This document shows positions 16,654-27,355 of a stretch of DNA of 64,000 bases, one piece after another. The notes beneath the pieces are model-generated. The model made no database searches. It saw nothing but the letters and a program-made list of their open reading frames with translations, and had not been told where the DNA came from. The stretch spans positions 64,569 through 128,568 of the forward strand of contig JAFUOY010000014.1 in assembly GCA_017481595.1 (NCBI GenBank), in the 5' to 3' direction. Origin of the DNA: Clostridia bacterium (lineage in GTDB: Bacteria > Bacillota > Clostridia > Oscillospirales > CAG-272). The number at the start of each line of letters is the position of its first letter. Position 1 is the stretch's first letter. Position numbers and translations under genes: made by a program.

Positions 16654-18402
16654 TTATTTTACTTGTAATTTTTTGATTTCTTCCTCTTTTGGGGAAACGT
16701 ATGCGGTCCAGTTTACGTTGTAGACTACAAAGCCGGGCTTAGAGCCTGCGGGCTTTTTAATGTGCTTTATTAGGGTATAGTCAACGGCAATGTTATTGCC
16801 CTCAGCCTTGGAATAAAAGGCGGCTATCTCGGCTGCCTCCGTAAAATCCTTTTCGGAGGGCTCTTCTCCGTTTGACTGCATAAGCACGTGGGAGCCCGGA
16901 AGATTTTTAACGTGGAACCACCAGTCCGATTTTTCGGAAAGCTTAGTAGTTACGTAATCATTTTGCTTATTGTTTTTACCGCAATAAATATTATATCCAC
17001 CCGAGGTAACAAACCTTAGGGGCTTTGTCGCCTGCTGCTTTGCGGCTGTATAATTTTTCATTCTTGATGCATATCCGCTATGGTAAAGCTCATCTCTTAT
17101 CTCGTGGAGATCGTTTTCCGTTTCCGCCTTGTTAAGGGAATCAAAAACGGTGGCTATATATTCAAACTCCTCCTTGGCAAGAGCGATCTGCTTTGCAAGC
17201 TCTATTTTTGCGGTTTTGGACTTATTATACTTTTTGTAATATGCCTGGGCATTCTGAGATGGAGAAAGCCTTATATCAAGAGGGATCTCTATCATAGGAC
17301 AGCTTTCATCATAATAGTTGCAGGTGACAAGCTTATCCTGTCCTCTTTTCATCATATAAATGCTTGAGGTTATAAGATCGCCATAGAGCTTATAAATTTC
17401 GTTGTCATCACATTTTTCAAGCTCTGATGTCTGAATTGAAATTTTCCTTGTGATTCTTCCCTCGGCATTTACAAGAAGTCTGAAAATATCCGTAGACTTT
17501 TGTCTTATTCTTTCGTGCTTGCTTTTTTTGGAGTAAAAAAGATCTACCGCCTCGGAAAATGAGCCCACGCTCTGACATTTATAACCCTTGCCAAAATACT
17601 CAATAGGCATATAGGAATACTCCACGGGCACACCGCCTTCGTCATACACTATGTATGGAGTAAGCGTATTATCATTAAATCCCTCCGTAACGCCGAAGAA
17701 AGCATCCTCAAGAATTTTATAATTTGCATTTTCAAGTGTACAATCTATGGTTTTGCCGCTTAAAAACGCAATTTGTCTTGCAGTTGAGGGAGCAAGTCCG
17801 AGGAAGTTATTGGTTATAAATTTATCGGTCCTTATCTCCTTATTCACCCTTTCAAAAAGGCGCGCAAGGCTATCTCTTGAGAAAGAAATGGGATCGATCT
17901 TATCCTGCTTCGGAGGCATAGAATAGGAAAATCCGGGTAGTATCTGTCTTTGGGTATTGGTAGAAAAATCTATGGTTTTCAATGCGGAAATAATCTTCTT
18001 ATCCGCATCAGTAAGAATAAGATTACTGTACTTACCCATTATCTCGCAAATGAGGTATTTTTTTGATTTAAAACCCATTTCATCGTATGCCTCGAACTCT
18101 AAAAAGCAAACTCTTTCAAGCTCGGTCTGAAATGCGGAAAGCAGCTTTGCCCCCGCAAGATGCTTACGAAGAAGCATACAGAACATAGGCGCCTTTGCCG
18201 GGTTTTCCGACTGTGACGCGGTAAAATGGATACGCGGATAGTTTGAGCCCGCGTTTATAAGAAGCTTATAGCTCTCCTTGAAGGAACGGAGCAAAATCAC
18301 GATCTCATCTCCTACGGGCTGATATATCTTCTCTACCTTCAAAACGCCCTTTGAGGATATTTCCTTCGCTATCTCTCCCATCATTATTGCATCAAATGCC
18401 AT
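16654..18402 (-). CDS. rqcH: NFACT-family ribosome quality control protein (RqcH / FbpA-like)
   Basis: NFACT-N-like N-terminus MAFDAIMMGEIAKEI...YPRIHFT and a C-terminal DUF814 motif WWFHVKNLPGSHVLM. ATG 18402 is chosen because the upstream gene stops at 18413. Confidence 0.8.
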   Translation of the reverse strand: MAFDAIMMGEIAKEISSKGVLKVEKIYQPVGDEIVILLRSFKESYKLLINAGSNYPRIHFTASQSENPAKAPMFCMLLRKHLAGAKLLSAFQTELERVCFLEFEAYDEMGFKSKKYLICEIMGKYSNLILTDADKKIISALKTIDFSTNTQRQILPGFSYSMPPKQDKIDPISFSRDSLARLFERVNKEIRTDKFITNNFLGLAPSTARQIAFLSGKTIDCTLENANYKILEDAFFGVTEGFNDNTLTPYIVYDEGGVPVEYSYMPIEYFGKGYKCQSVGSFSEAVDLFYSKKSKHERIRQKSTDIFRLLVNAEGRITRKISIQTSELEKCDDNEIYKLYGDLITSSIYMMKRGQDKLVTCNYYDESCPMIEIPLDIRLSPSQNAQAYYKKYNKSKTAKIELAKQIALAKEEFEYIATVFDSLNKAETENDLHEIRDELYHSGYASRMKNYTAAKQQATKPLRFVTSGGYNIYCGKNNKQNDYVTTKLSEKSDWWFHVKNLPGSHVLMQSNGEEPSEKDFTEAAEIAAFYSKAEGNNIAVDYTLIKHIKKPAGSKPGFVVYNVNWTAYVSPKEEEIKKLQVK

Positions 18403-18412
18403 ATTATCTCCC

Positions 18413-19105
18413 TTATAGCGCCCTGTAGCAAATATAATAATAGGACTCTGCAATGCGGTCAAGTCCGCATCTTTCCGCCAGGCGAATAGATGCATAATTA
18501 TCCATTCTTGATGTATACGCCACATTATATTCAAGTCCCATATAATGCTTTATCATAGCGGATACGTTGGATGCGCCGTAGCCCTTTCCTCTATATTCGG
18601 GTGCCGTATATACGTTTATTTCCTTCGCTCCTATAAAAGCGTCGGATGCGTTTGTTTCACATACTGAAACGATCTTATTATCTATTACGGTGACAAAATA
18701 ACATTCGTCACTTTCAGAATCAATTTTTTCAAGCTCATACTCGGTAAGGTTTTCATACCCCTCTCCCGATTTTATCTGCAGGGTGGTGTCTTGTATAAGA
18801 CCTTCATCAAAGGTGTTTGCAATATAGGTTGCAATATGCCCCTCGCTAAGGTCATCGGTAAAATATCCCCAGGAGTCAACCGCATCCTTAAGATTGTTAT
18901 GAAGGTATTCTCTTGCGCTTTCGGAAAACGGATCGTCCTTATACAGCTTGTAAAACTGCTTTGCAACCTTTTTTACACGCTTAAAGGCTTCTATCTTAAG
19001 CTTGTTACCTCTTTTCGTTATCTCAATGGGTACAAGCACCTCGGGTAAGGTATTAAAAAGGTATTTTTCCATTTTTCTTTTTTCTGTTTTTACCAAAACC
19101 ATCAC
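18413..19105 (-). CDS. GNAT-family N-acetyltransferase
   Basis: C-terminal acetyl-CoA-binding-like segment YRGKGYGASNVSAMIKHYM...NYASIRLAERCGL. The start is uncertain (19105, 19102 or 19072). Confidence 0.65.
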   Translation of the reverse strand: MMVLVKTEKRKMEKYLFNTLPEVLVPIEITKRGNKLKIEAFKRVKKVAKQFYKLYKDDPFSESAREYLHNNLKDAVDSWGYFTDDLSEGHIATYIANTFDEGLIQDTTLQIKSGEGYENLTEYELEKIDSESDECYFVTVIDNKIVSVCETNASDAFIGAKEINVYTAPEYRGKGYGASNVSAMIKHYMGLEYNVAYTSRMDNYASIRLAERCGLDRIAESYYYICYRAL

Positions 19106-19266
19106 CTCTTTCTGTATATTTTACATCATAGCGCCCCTTAAGTCAAATATTTTATTTAAAAATTTTAAAAATATATAGAAATATTCACACTTTTATGATA
19201 TACTGTACCTTAAGGCAGTATGCAAAAACGCAAATTCACCCGCATTCTGTCAGGAAAGGATAAATA

Positions 19267-21645
19267 ATGATTACATTTAATGAAAAATGCGAACAATTTA
19301 CATTACCTACCGTTGCCCTTCGCGGCATTGTCGCATTTCCGGGAATGACCATCAGCCTTGAGCTGGCTCGTTCTTTTTCAAAAAATGCAGTTGACACAGC
19401 ACAAAAAACAGGATCTTTAATATACCTCGTTGCTCAGATCGATGCATCCGAGGAAGAAAAAATAGAGTCTAATATTTTTGATGTTGGCGTTGTTGCCAAA
19501 ATTAAGCAGATAATAAAAGGAAATGACGGTAACGTTAAAGCAATGGTAGAGGGAGTAGCTCGCGCCAAGACACAGAATTTAAGAGCTGTGGGCGGATATT
19601 ACGAGTGCGACGTATTGACCTGCAACCTTGAGGTAAACGGATATCCCCTGGAAAAGGAAGAGGCGCTTACAAGAATTATTCTTGAAAAAACAAATGACTT
19701 GGTTTCTCTTTTTCCCTATCCCTCAAAGGATCTTATGACAAAGCTCATTTTTATGAACGATATCGGAGAGCTTTGCGACTTCATCTCATCAAACGTTCTT
19801 GTAAAGGCATCCGACAAGCAGTTCCTTCTTGAGCATTTCAACAAGTATGAAAGAGCCGAAAGCCTTGTTGGTATTTTGTCAAGAGAGCTTAAGGTACTTA
19901 AGATCGAGAAGGACATAAGATTAAAGACAAAATCCAAGGTCGAGGAATCACAAAGGGATTACTTCCTTCGTGAGCAGTTAAAGGTTATACAGAGTGAGCT
20001 TGGTACGGATACGCAAAGTGAAAGCGACGAGCTTTTCGAGGCTATCACAGGCAAGAATTTCCCAGACGAGGTACAGGAAAAGCTTTTAAAGGAGCTTGCT
20101 AAGTTCAACAAGGCTCCCTTCGGCTCTCCCGAGGCTACCGTGCTTCGCACCTATCTTGAAACCTGTATCGAGATCCCCTTTGGTAAGTATTCAAAGGACA
20201 ATACAAGCGTTGCAAACGCAAGAAAAACCTTGGAGGCTGACCATTACGGTCTTTCCAAGGTAAAGGAAAGAATCCTTGAATTTATTGCAGTCAAGGAGCT
20301 TAATCCCGATATTAAAAACCAGATAATATGTCTTGTTGGCCCTCCAGGTGTTGGTAAAACGTCACTTTGCGCTTCCATTGCAAAAGCTCTTAAGCGCAAG
20401 TACGTACGCGTTTCCTTGGGCGGTATTCGTGATGAGGCAGAAATCAGAGGCCACAGAAAAACCTACGTAGGCGCTATGCCCGGTAGGATCATCACCGCTC
20501 TTTCAAGCTGCGGAACGTTGAATCCCGTTATGGTTTTTGACGAGATCGATAAAATGACCTCCGATATGAGGGGCGACCCTGCATCCGCTATGCTTGAGGT
20601 TCTTGACGGTGAGCAAAACAAGGCGTTCCGTGACCATTTCGTTGAAATGGATGTTGACCTTTCCCGTTGTATGTTTATCGCGACGGCAAACAGCCTTGAG
20701 AATATTCCCAAGCCTCTTATTGACAGAATGGAAATAATTGAGCTTTCCTCTTACACAAAGAATGAAAAGCTTAATATAGCGAAAAATCACCTTATTCCCA
20801 AGCAGCTTAAGGCTCACGGTCTTTCAAAGCGTCAGCTTAAGCTTACCGACGGGGCTATTCTCTCCTTGATTGACGGTTATACTGCCGAGGCGGGCGTAAG
20901 AAATCTCGAAAGAGAGATCGCATCCCTTTGCAGAAAGGCGGCAAAGGAGATAATAGAAAATAACGTAAAAGCCGTTTCCATTACCGAAGAAAACATAAGC
21001 AAATATCTCGGAGTGCGCAAATTTGAGGACGAAAAGATAAGCGATACGGATGAGATCGGCGTTGTAAACGGAATGGCATATACCTCCATCGGCGGCGACG
21101 TGCTTAAGATAGAAGCGTCCATTATGAAGGGTAACGGCAAGATAAAGCTTACGGGAAGCCTTGGCGACGTTATGAAGGAATCCGCCGAGATAGCCATAAG
21201 CTTTATAAGAGAAAACGCAGAAAAGCTTAACGTAGACCCCGACTTCTATTCAAAGTACGATATACATATCCACGCGCCCGAGGGCGCAATTCCCAAGGAT
21301 GGGCCAAGCGCGGGAGTTACTATGACTACTGCCCTTGTAAGTATACTTTCCGGCCGCGCGGTAAGACGCGACGTTGCAATGACGGGCGAAATAACCTTAA
21401 GAGGCAAGGTGCTTCCCATTGGCGGTCTTAAGGAAAAGACCTTGGCAGCTTACACGGCGGGAGTCAAGAATATAATCATCCCCTACGGAAATATGAAAAA
21501 CCTTGAGGACGTTGACGAGGTGGTAAAGCAAAACGTAAGCTTTATACCTGCAAAGACCATATTCGATGTTCTTAACGCTGCCTTCTGCGAGGAGGAGCTT
21601 ATAGCAATAATTCACAGATATGCGAAAGCAAAGGTAGAAAAATGA
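19267..21645 (+). CDS. lon: ATP-dependent Lon protease (endopeptidase La)
   Basis: 792 aa. LON N-domain, AAA+ Walker A GPPGVGKTS, protease domain with PKDGPSAGVTMTTAL and GGLKEK. Confidence 0.95.
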   Translation: MITFNEKCEQFTLPTVALRGIVAFPGMTISLELARSFSKNAVDTAQKTGSLIYLVAQIDASEEEKIESNIFDVGVVAKIKQIIKGNDGNVKAMVEGVARAKTQNLRAVGGYYECDVLTCNLEVNGYPLEKEEALTRIILEKTNDLVSLFPYPSKDLMTKLIFMNDIGELCDFISSNVLVKASDKQFLLEHFNKYERAESLVGILSRELKVLKIEKDIRLKTKSKVEESQRDYFLREQLKVIQSELGTDTQSESDELFEAITGKNFPDEVQEKLLKELAKFNKAPFGSPEATVLRTYLETCIEIPFGKYSKDNTSVANARKTLEADHYGLSKVKERILEFIAVKELNPDIKNQIICLVGPPGVGKTSLCASIAKALKRKYVRVSLGGIRDEAEIRGHRKTYVGAMPGRIITALSSCGTLNPVMVFDEIDKMTSDMRGDPASAMLEVLDGEQNKAFRDHFVEMDVDLSRCMFIATANSLENIPKPLIDRMEIIELSSYTKNEKLNIAKNHLIPKQLKAHGLSKRQLKLTDGAILSLIDGYTAEAGVRNLEREIASLCRKAAKEIIENNVKAVSITEENISKYLGVRKFEDEKISDTDEIGVVNGMAYTSIGGDVLKIEASIMKGNGKIKLTGSLGDVMKESAEIAISFIRENAEKLNVDPDFYSKYDIHIHAPEGAIPKDGPSAGVTMTTALVSILSGRAVRRDVAMTGEITLRGKVLPIGGLKEKTLAAYTAGVKNIIIPYGNMKNLEDVDEVVKQNVSFIPAKTIFDVLNAAFCEEELIAIIHRYAKAKVEK

Positions 21646-22244
21646 AAATAAACACAAATAACGTTTCTCTTAAGATCAGCGCGGGAAATGCATCACAGTT
21701 TTTAAGAGATCCTATACCTCAGGTGGCTTTTTCAGGCAGATCAAACGTTGGAAAAAGCTCCCTTATAAACACTCTGCTCGGCAGAAATTCCTTGGCAAGG
21801 GTAAGTAGCGCGCCCGGTAAGACCATAACCGTAAACTTTTATGACGTGGACAGAAAGCTTTTTTTCGTTGACCTTCCCGGTTACGGCTATGCAAAGCGCA
21901 CCGCACAGGACCAGTTAAGATGGTCCAACCTTGTTGACGGATATTTTACAAAGAATCCTAACATAGACCTTGTAAAGCTTGTCGTTCAGCTTGTGGACTC
22001 CCGTATCGGATACACAAACGACGACCTTGATATGATCGAGTATATGAACGAGGCTGACGTGCCTTATATCATTGTCGCCACAAAGACGGATAAGCTTAAC
22101 AAGACGGAGAGGGAAAAGGCGGTAAGAGCCCTTATTACCAATCCTGTTTTAAGAGAAAACACCACAATTATCCTCTGCTCCTCCCAAACGCGAGAGGGCA
22201 AGGACGATGTGTGGAACGAAATTATGAAATATATCGAGAGATAA
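21642..22244 (+). CDS. engB: Ribosome biogenesis GTPase YsxC/EngB
   Basis: G1 GRSNVGKSSLIN, DLPGYGYA and TKTDKL motifs. Lies directly after lon, as in Bacillus. Confidence 0.9.
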   Translation: MKINTNNVSLKISAGNASQFLRDPIPQVAFSGRSNVGKSSLINTLLGRNSLARVSSAPGKTITVNFYDVDRKLFFVDLPGYGYAKRTAQDQLRWSNLVDGYFTKNPNIDLVKLVVQLVDSRIGYTNDDLDMIEYMNEADVPYIIVATKTDKLNKTEREKAVRALITNPVLRENTTIILCSSQTREGKDDVWNEIMKYIER

Positions 22245-22245
22245 G

Positions 22246-22920
22246 ATGGTTGATTTTTTATTAGATATACTGATAAGTCTTCCCTGCGTGCTTGTTGCAT
22301 TGGTCTTTCACGAGATTGCCCACGGATTTATAGCCTACAAGCTTGGAGACCCTACCGCAAAGTATATGGGCAGACTTACCTTAAACCCTTTAAAGCATCT
22401 CGACCTGTGGGGCACCCTATGTATGGTGTTTTTCAGATTCGGTTGGGCAAAGCCCGTGCCGATCAACGTAAGATACTTTAAAAAGCCGAGAAGAGATATA
22501 TGTCTGACCGCCCTTGCGGGACCTATGGCTAATATTCTGCTCGCTTTATTTGGAGCGTTTTTGTACTCTCTTACCATTCCGTGGATATCCGACAGTATTC
22601 TTACGGAAAGCGGATTTTTGTACTACATATGCTACGCATACGCGGTGCTTGTGTATAATTTCATATGGCTTAATATTGCCCTTGCATTGTTTAATTTGAT
22701 TCCTCTGCCCCCTCTTGACGGCTCAAGAATATTTTTGATATGGCTTCCCTACCGCACTTATGCAAAAATAGTGCGCTACGAGAGGGAGATATCCGCTATC
22801 TTTATGGTACTTCTTTTGCTTGACTCAAGAATATTGAACGGTGTATTCACAGGATTACTGTCAAGGGCAGTAGTATTTATAATGAACGGTATGCTTTCAC
22901 TATTTTCATTTTTGTATTGA
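22246..22920 (+). CDS. Site-2 protease family (M50) membrane metalloprotease
   Basis: HEIAHGF zinc motif and NLIPLPPLDGSRIF second motif. Polytopic. Confidence 0.8.
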   Translation: MVDFLLDILISLPCVLVALVFHEIAHGFIAYKLGDPTAKYMGRLTLNPLKHLDLWGTLCMVFFRFGWAKPVPINVRYFKKPRRDICLTALAGPMANILLALFGAFLYSLTIPWISDSILTESGFLYYICYAYAVLVYNFIWLNIALALFNLIPLPPLDGSRIFLIWLPYRTYAKIVRYEREISAIFMVLLLLDSRILNGVFTGLLSRAVVFIMNGMLSLFSFLY

Positions 22921-22928
22921 GGTGTAAA

Positions 22929-23702
22929 ATGGATCAGATAACTTATAAAATTGAACAGTTTGAAGGCCCCTTAGACCTTCTTCTTACCCTTGTGCAAAAA
23001 AATAAAATGAAAATAGAGGATATACAGATATCCGTAATCTGCGACCAATATATGGCGTATATTGAAAGCATGCAGACTATGAATATTGATATTTCCGCAG
23101 AGTTTATAGTTACCGCATCGGAGCTTATGTACATAAAGAGCAAAATGCTCTTGCCCAGAGTATCCGAGGATGATGAGGACCCAAGAGAAGCCCTTGCCTC
23201 CGCCCTTTTGGAATATCAAAGAGCGAAGCAGGCATCGGAAAAGCTGTCGGGTATGTATTCCCTCTACGCGGGACGCTTTGAAAAGGATACGGACGAGATA
23301 TCTCCCGACAGAACCTACGTTGCGGATCATAATATCGAGCTTCTTTCCCTTGCCTTTATGAAGGTAATGTCAAACATAGAGGAAACGGATGAGGAGGCGA
23401 CGGAAAAGATAAGGCCTCTTATCAGCAGACGTACGGTATCCGTAAGGGAAAAGGTATACTCGATTTTAAGAATGCTGCTTATAAAGGGCGGAAGCGCAAA
23501 GGCAACAGACTGCTTTAACGGTATAAGAAGCAGGCACGAGCTTGTTGCCACCTTTATGGCGGTGCTTGAAATGCTGAAAACAGGCAGACTGCAGATAAAA
23601 GAGGATGCCACAAACGCTGACGGAGTGCTCGACCTTACAGAAAACATATATATTGAACTTAATCACGATAAAATAACTGTTGCAAACGGAGATGAGGAAT
23701 GA
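22929..23702 (+). CDS. scpA: Segregation and condensation protein A
   Basis: FEGPLDLLLTLVQKNKMKIEDIQISVICDQY is the ScpA signature. ATG 22929 is preferred (GAGGTG 4 nt upstream). Confidence 0.85.
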   Translation: MDQITYKIEQFEGPLDLLLTLVQKNKMKIEDIQISVICDQYMAYIESMQTMNIDISAEFIVTASELMYIKSKMLLPRVSEDDEDPREALASALLEYQRAKQASEKLSGMYSLYAGRFEKDTDEISPDRTYVADHNIELLSLAFMKVMSNIEETDEEATEKIRPLISRRTVSVREKVYSILRMLLIKGGSAKATDCFNGIRSRHELVATFMAVLEMLKTGRLQIKEDATNADGVLDLTENIYIELNHDKITVANGDEE

Positions 23703-24382
23703 TGGAAAATTTAGAAAAGATTGAAATAAAGGATCTTGAAAAAGCCATAGAAGCGATTCTGTTTGCGGCAGGTCACCCCGTAACCTACACAAAGCTTGGC
23801 GAGGTGCTTGGCTATACGGAATCCCAAATAAGAAAAACGGTACGCGCCTTTTCCGAAAGATATAACGCAAACGAGGAGCGCGGCATTATGATGCTTACCT
23901 TTGAGGATTCCTGTCAGTTATGCACAAGAGAATCGTTTTTGCCCTATATAAAAGAGGCTCTCGGAATTAAAAAGGGCGGTAACCTCTCCGCTTCTTCTCT
24001 TGAGGTGCTTGCAATAATCGCGTACAACGAGCCCGTTACAAGAGCCTTTGTGGATACGGTAAGAAAGGTTGACAGCGCTTATATCGTAAACGCTCTTTGC
24101 GAAAAGAATCTTATTGAGGTATGCGGTAAGCTTGACGTTCCCGGCAGACCCTATCTTTACAGAACCACGTCTACATTTTTAAGATGCTTTGGAATTGAAT
24201 CCCTCGAGCAGCTTCCTTACATAGATGCGCCAAGACAGAAAAACGAGGGTGAAATTATTCCCCTTGATATTGAAATTCCCGAAATGAATGATCCCGACGA
24301 TTCCTCTGAGGTTGAAAGTGGGGCTGAAGGCGAGGAGCTTGAGCTTCTTGAGAGTCCCGAAATGGATATTGACGGGGAATAA
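23699..24382 (+). CDS. scpB: Segregation and condensation protein B
   Basis: IEAILFAAGHPVTYTKL and LSASSLEVLAIIAYNEPVTRAFVDTVR are ScpB winged-helix motifs. ATGA overlap with scpA. Acidic tail. Confidence 0.85.
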   Translation: MMENLEKIEIKDLEKAIEAILFAAGHPVTYTKLGEVLGYTESQIRKTVRAFSERYNANEERGIMMLTFEDSCQLCTRESFLPYIKEALGIKKGGNLSASSLEVLAIIAYNEPVTRAFVDTVRKVDSAYIVNALCEKNLIEVCGKLDVPGRPYLYRTTSTFLRCFGIESLEQLPYIDAPRQKNEGEIIPLDIEIPEMNDPDDSSEVESGAEGEELELLESPEMDIDGE

Positions 24383-24420
24383 GCAAAAAATACACGTTAA
24401 ATTCTTATTGGAGGAGCTAA

Positions 24421-25058
24421 TGGATACCTGGATGTACGTTGTCGGCGCCATAATCTTGTTTATTGCGTTGATCCTTGCGTTAAAAGTGAATATCATAGTT
24501 TCCTACAAGGAGGATCTATGTGTATATTTACGTATTTTATTTATAAAAATAAAGCTTATGCCCAAAAAAGAAAAGATCAAGATAAAAAAAGATAAAAAAT
24601 CCAAGAAAAAGTCAGATCCGAAGCCTGTAGCCGAGGGGGAAAAGAAAAAAGGCATATCCCCTGTAAAGGTTGTCTGGGAAATACGCGAGGCTATACTTTC
24701 TTTGCTAAAAAAGTCTATGAATCGCTTGCATTTTAAATTTGCAAGGCTGAATATAGAGATCGGATGCGAGGATGCCGCAAAGACTGCCCTTGTTTACGGC
24801 GCGGTAACCCAAGGCGTAGCCTATCTTTTGGAAATACTTGACAGTATATCAAACGTGGAAATATCAAGATTTTCCGACATTAACGTAAGCAGCAATTTTA
24901 TATCAAGAAAATCAAAGGCAGAGTGCAAGATAACCCTTTATATCCGCGTATTCTCTGCTTTGGCGGTGCTTATACACCTTATAAAAACATATTTTACTTA
25001 TACTACACACAAAGAAAAGCTAACGGAGGTTAAAAATGGAAAAAACATCTCAGAGTGA
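24421..25058 (+). CDS. DUF2953 (YtfI-like) sporulation-associated membrane protein
   Basis: Start moved to MDTWMYVVGAIILF (GGAGG upstream). N-terminal TM, a Lys-rich linker, and a position directly before ytfJ. Confidence 0.5.
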
Positions 25059-25449
25059 TATTATTAAAACTGCCCTTGAAAACGTAAAATCAATGGTAGA
25101 TGCAAACACGGTTACAGGTACGCCCATTGAAACTGCAGGCGGAACTGTAATTATCCCCATTTCCAAAATTTTTGTAGGACTTGCAACAGGCGGTATTGAC
25201 TACTTCGGTAAGAAAGCGCCCGACAACAAAAACTTTGGTGGCGGCGGCGGAACAGGTGTTACCGTTGCTCCCGTTGGCTTCTTGGTTGTTGATGCCAAGG
25301 GAAAGGTTGAGCTTCTTAATATCAATGCAGAATCAAGAGATCCCGTATCTCAGATAATCGGCTTGATCGAAAGCTCCCCCGAAATTATCGAAAAATTCAA
25401 GAATCTTTTTTCCAAAAAAGACAAGGATGATACAGACGAGGAATTTTAA
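25036..25449 (+). CDS. ytfJ: GerW/YtfJ-family sporulation protein
   Basis: GTPIETAGGTVIIPISKIFVGLATGG...GGGGGTGVTVAPVGFLVV is the family signature. GGAGG lies upstream. Confidence 0.75.
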   Translation: MEKTSQSDIIKTALENVKSMVDANTVTGTPIETAGGTVIIPISKIFVGLATGGIDYFGKKAPDNKNFGGGGGTGVTVAPVGFLVVDAKGKVELLNINAESRDPVSQIIGLIESSPEIIEKFKNLFSKKDKDDTDEEF

Positions 25450-25511
25450 TCAAGAAATTTAAATATGTAAAGCGAGGCATACTAAATCAAAAATGATTTT
25501 TGAGGTTTGAT

Positions 25512-26615
25512 ATGTCTAAGCTCTTTACGTTTATTTTAAGCTTTTTAACACTTCTCTTTTCCTTTATATGCGTTTGTCACGCTACGGATATTTCAGCAAA
25601 GCATGCGATCGTGCTTGAAGCGGAATCCGGGGAGATAGTATACGAAAAAAACGCCCGTATCAAAGCGCCTATGGCAAGCACGACGAAAATAATGACCGCT
25701 CTTGTAGCTATTGAAAGCGGTGACCTTGACAAAAGGATATCCATACCGAAAGAGGCTACGGGAATTGAGGGCTCCTCCATTTATCTTAAGGAGGGTGAGG
25801 TGCTTACCTTACGGGATCTTGTATATGCGCTGATGCTTGAGAGCGCAAATGACGCAGCCTGCGCTATTGCCCTGGAAATAGGTGGCTCCCTGGAGGAGTT
25901 TTCCCGAATGATGAATGAAAAGGCAAAGGAAATAGGGTTAAAAAGCACCAATTTTACAAATCCACACGGTCTTGATAATGATGAGCATTATACCACCGCC
26001 TACGATCTTGCTACCCTTGCGCTATACGCCATGAGAGAGCCTGTATTTGAGGAAATAGTTTCTACCAAAAAGCACGTTATTCCTTTAGGGAATGATGGAA
26101 GCAGGGTGCTTATTAACCACAACAAGCTTCTTCGTCTTTTTGAGGGCGCTATTGGTGTCAAAACGGGATTTACAAAGAAAAGCGGAAGATGTCTTGTTTC
26201 CTGCGCGGAGCGTGACGGGGTAAGACTTATATGCGTGACGCTGAATGCTCCAAACGATTGGAACGACCATAAATATCTGTTAAGCTCCTCCTTTGACGGC
26301 TTTGAAAGGATACATCTTGCAGAGGCTGAGGACTATACCCTTTCATTAGGCTGTATTAACGGCGAAAAGGACTCCTTTCTCTGCTCCAACACCGATTCTC
26401 TGTCCGTTACCCTAAAGAAGGGAAACAGAGATAATATTCGCGCCGTGACGGAGTACGACAGGTTAATTTCAGCTCCAATTAAAAAGGGAGATAAAATAGG
26501 CAGAATTGCATTTTACTGCGGTGAGAGGTTGATTGGAGAGTGTCCTCTCTACTCACTTGAAAGCGTTAAATGCATTAAATACAGAAAATCAATTTTAGAA
26601 AGAATTTTCGGATAA
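25512..26615 (+). CDS. D-alanyl-D-alanine carboxypeptidase (S11, low-MW PBP)
   Basis: Signal peptide. SxxK = ASTTK, SxN = SAND, KTG = KTGFT. ATG 25512 with GAGGT upstream. Confidence 0.85.
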   Translation: MSKLFTFILSFLTLLFSFICVCHATDISAKHAIVLEAESGEIVYEKNARIKAPMASTTKIMTALVAIESGDLDKRISIPKEATGIEGSSIYLKEGEVLTLRDLVYALMLESANDAACAIALEIGGSLEEFSRMMNEKAKEIGLKSTNFTNPHGLDNDEHYTTAYDLATLALYAMREPVFEEIVSTKKHVIPLGNDGSRVLINHNKLLRLFEGAIGVKTGFTKKSGRCLVSCAERDGVRLICVTLNAPNDWNDHKYLLSSSFDGFERIHLAEAEDYTLSLGCINGEKDSFLCSNTDSLSVTLKKGNRDNIRAVTEYDRLISAPIKKGDKIGRIAFYCGERLIGECPLYSLESVKCIKYRKSILERIFG

Positions 26616-26616
26616 T

Positions 26617-27345
26617 ATGGAAAAAATCAGACTTCAAAAGTTTTTTACAGATAATAAAATAATGTCCCGCAGAAATGCCGAAAAGGTTATTGAGGCGGGC
26701 AACGTAAAGGTAAACGGAGTTATTGCCAAGCTTGGGGATAAGGTAGACCCCGAAAAAGATACCGTAACCTATAACGGCAAGGTTATAAAGAACAGCGCGG
26801 AAAAGAAGCGCTATATTATGCTTAACAAGCCTCTCGGATACGTAAGCACCGCATCCGATGAAAAAGGCAGACAGACTGTGCTTGACCTTGTTTCCGACGT
26901 GGGAGAAAGAGTTTATCCCGTTGGCAGACTTGATATGTATTCCGAGGGACTTCTTATACTCACCAACGACGGTGAGCTTACTAACAGACTTACCCACCCG
27001 AAGAACAACATGTCAAAGGTGTACAGCGTAATGATAAAGGGTGATATTACACCCGAGCAGTTATCAAGGCTTACCTCTCCTATGGAAATAGACGGATATA
27101 AGCTTAAGCCTGTTAAGGTAAGGATAATTTCCCAGAAAAACGGCGCTACCAATACTCTTTTCACCTTAAACGAGGGCAGAAACAGACAGATACGCAAAAT
27201 GTGTGAGCAATGCGGTCTTACCATTATGCGCCTTACAAGAATTGCCATCGGCAAGCTTAAGCTAAACGACCTTGAAAGAGGCAAATGGCGTGAGCTTACG
27301 GAAAACGAGGTTGCCTATTTATCCGGTAAAAGCGACAGTATATGA
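26617..27345 (+). CDS. rluB: rRNA pseudouridine synthase, RsuA/RluB family
   Basis: S4 domain (RLQKFF...SRRNAEKVI) and catalytic GRLDMYSEGLLILTNDG. Confidence 0.85.
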   Translation: MEKIRLQKFFTDNKIMSRRNAEKVIEAGNVKVNGVIAKLGDKVDPEKDTVTYNGKVIKNSAEKKRYIMLNKPLGYVSTASDEKGRQTVLDLVSDVGERVYPVGRLDMYSEGLLILTNDGELTNRLTHPKNNMSKVYSVMIKGDITPEQLSRLTSPMEIDGYKLKPVKVRIISQKNGATNTLFTLNEGRNRQIRKMCEQCGLTIMRLTRIAIGKLKLNDLERGKWRELTENEVAYLSGKSDSI

Positions 27346-27355
27346 ATATAATTCA

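Noticed and set aside
19106-19266. CtsR or CIRCE heat-shock operator upstream of lon.
   Set aside because: Only a single AGTCAAA half-site is present (~19142). There is no tandem GGTCAAA repeat and no TTAGCACTC-N9-GAGTGCTAA element, which is not enough to call.
24288-24420. Long N-terminal extension of the DUF2953 ORF, overlapping scpB by 95 nt.
   Set aside because: The extension lies in an alternative frame of the scpB acidic tail. A good GGAGG SD precedes the internal ATG at 24421, where the hydrophobic N-terminus typical of the family begins.
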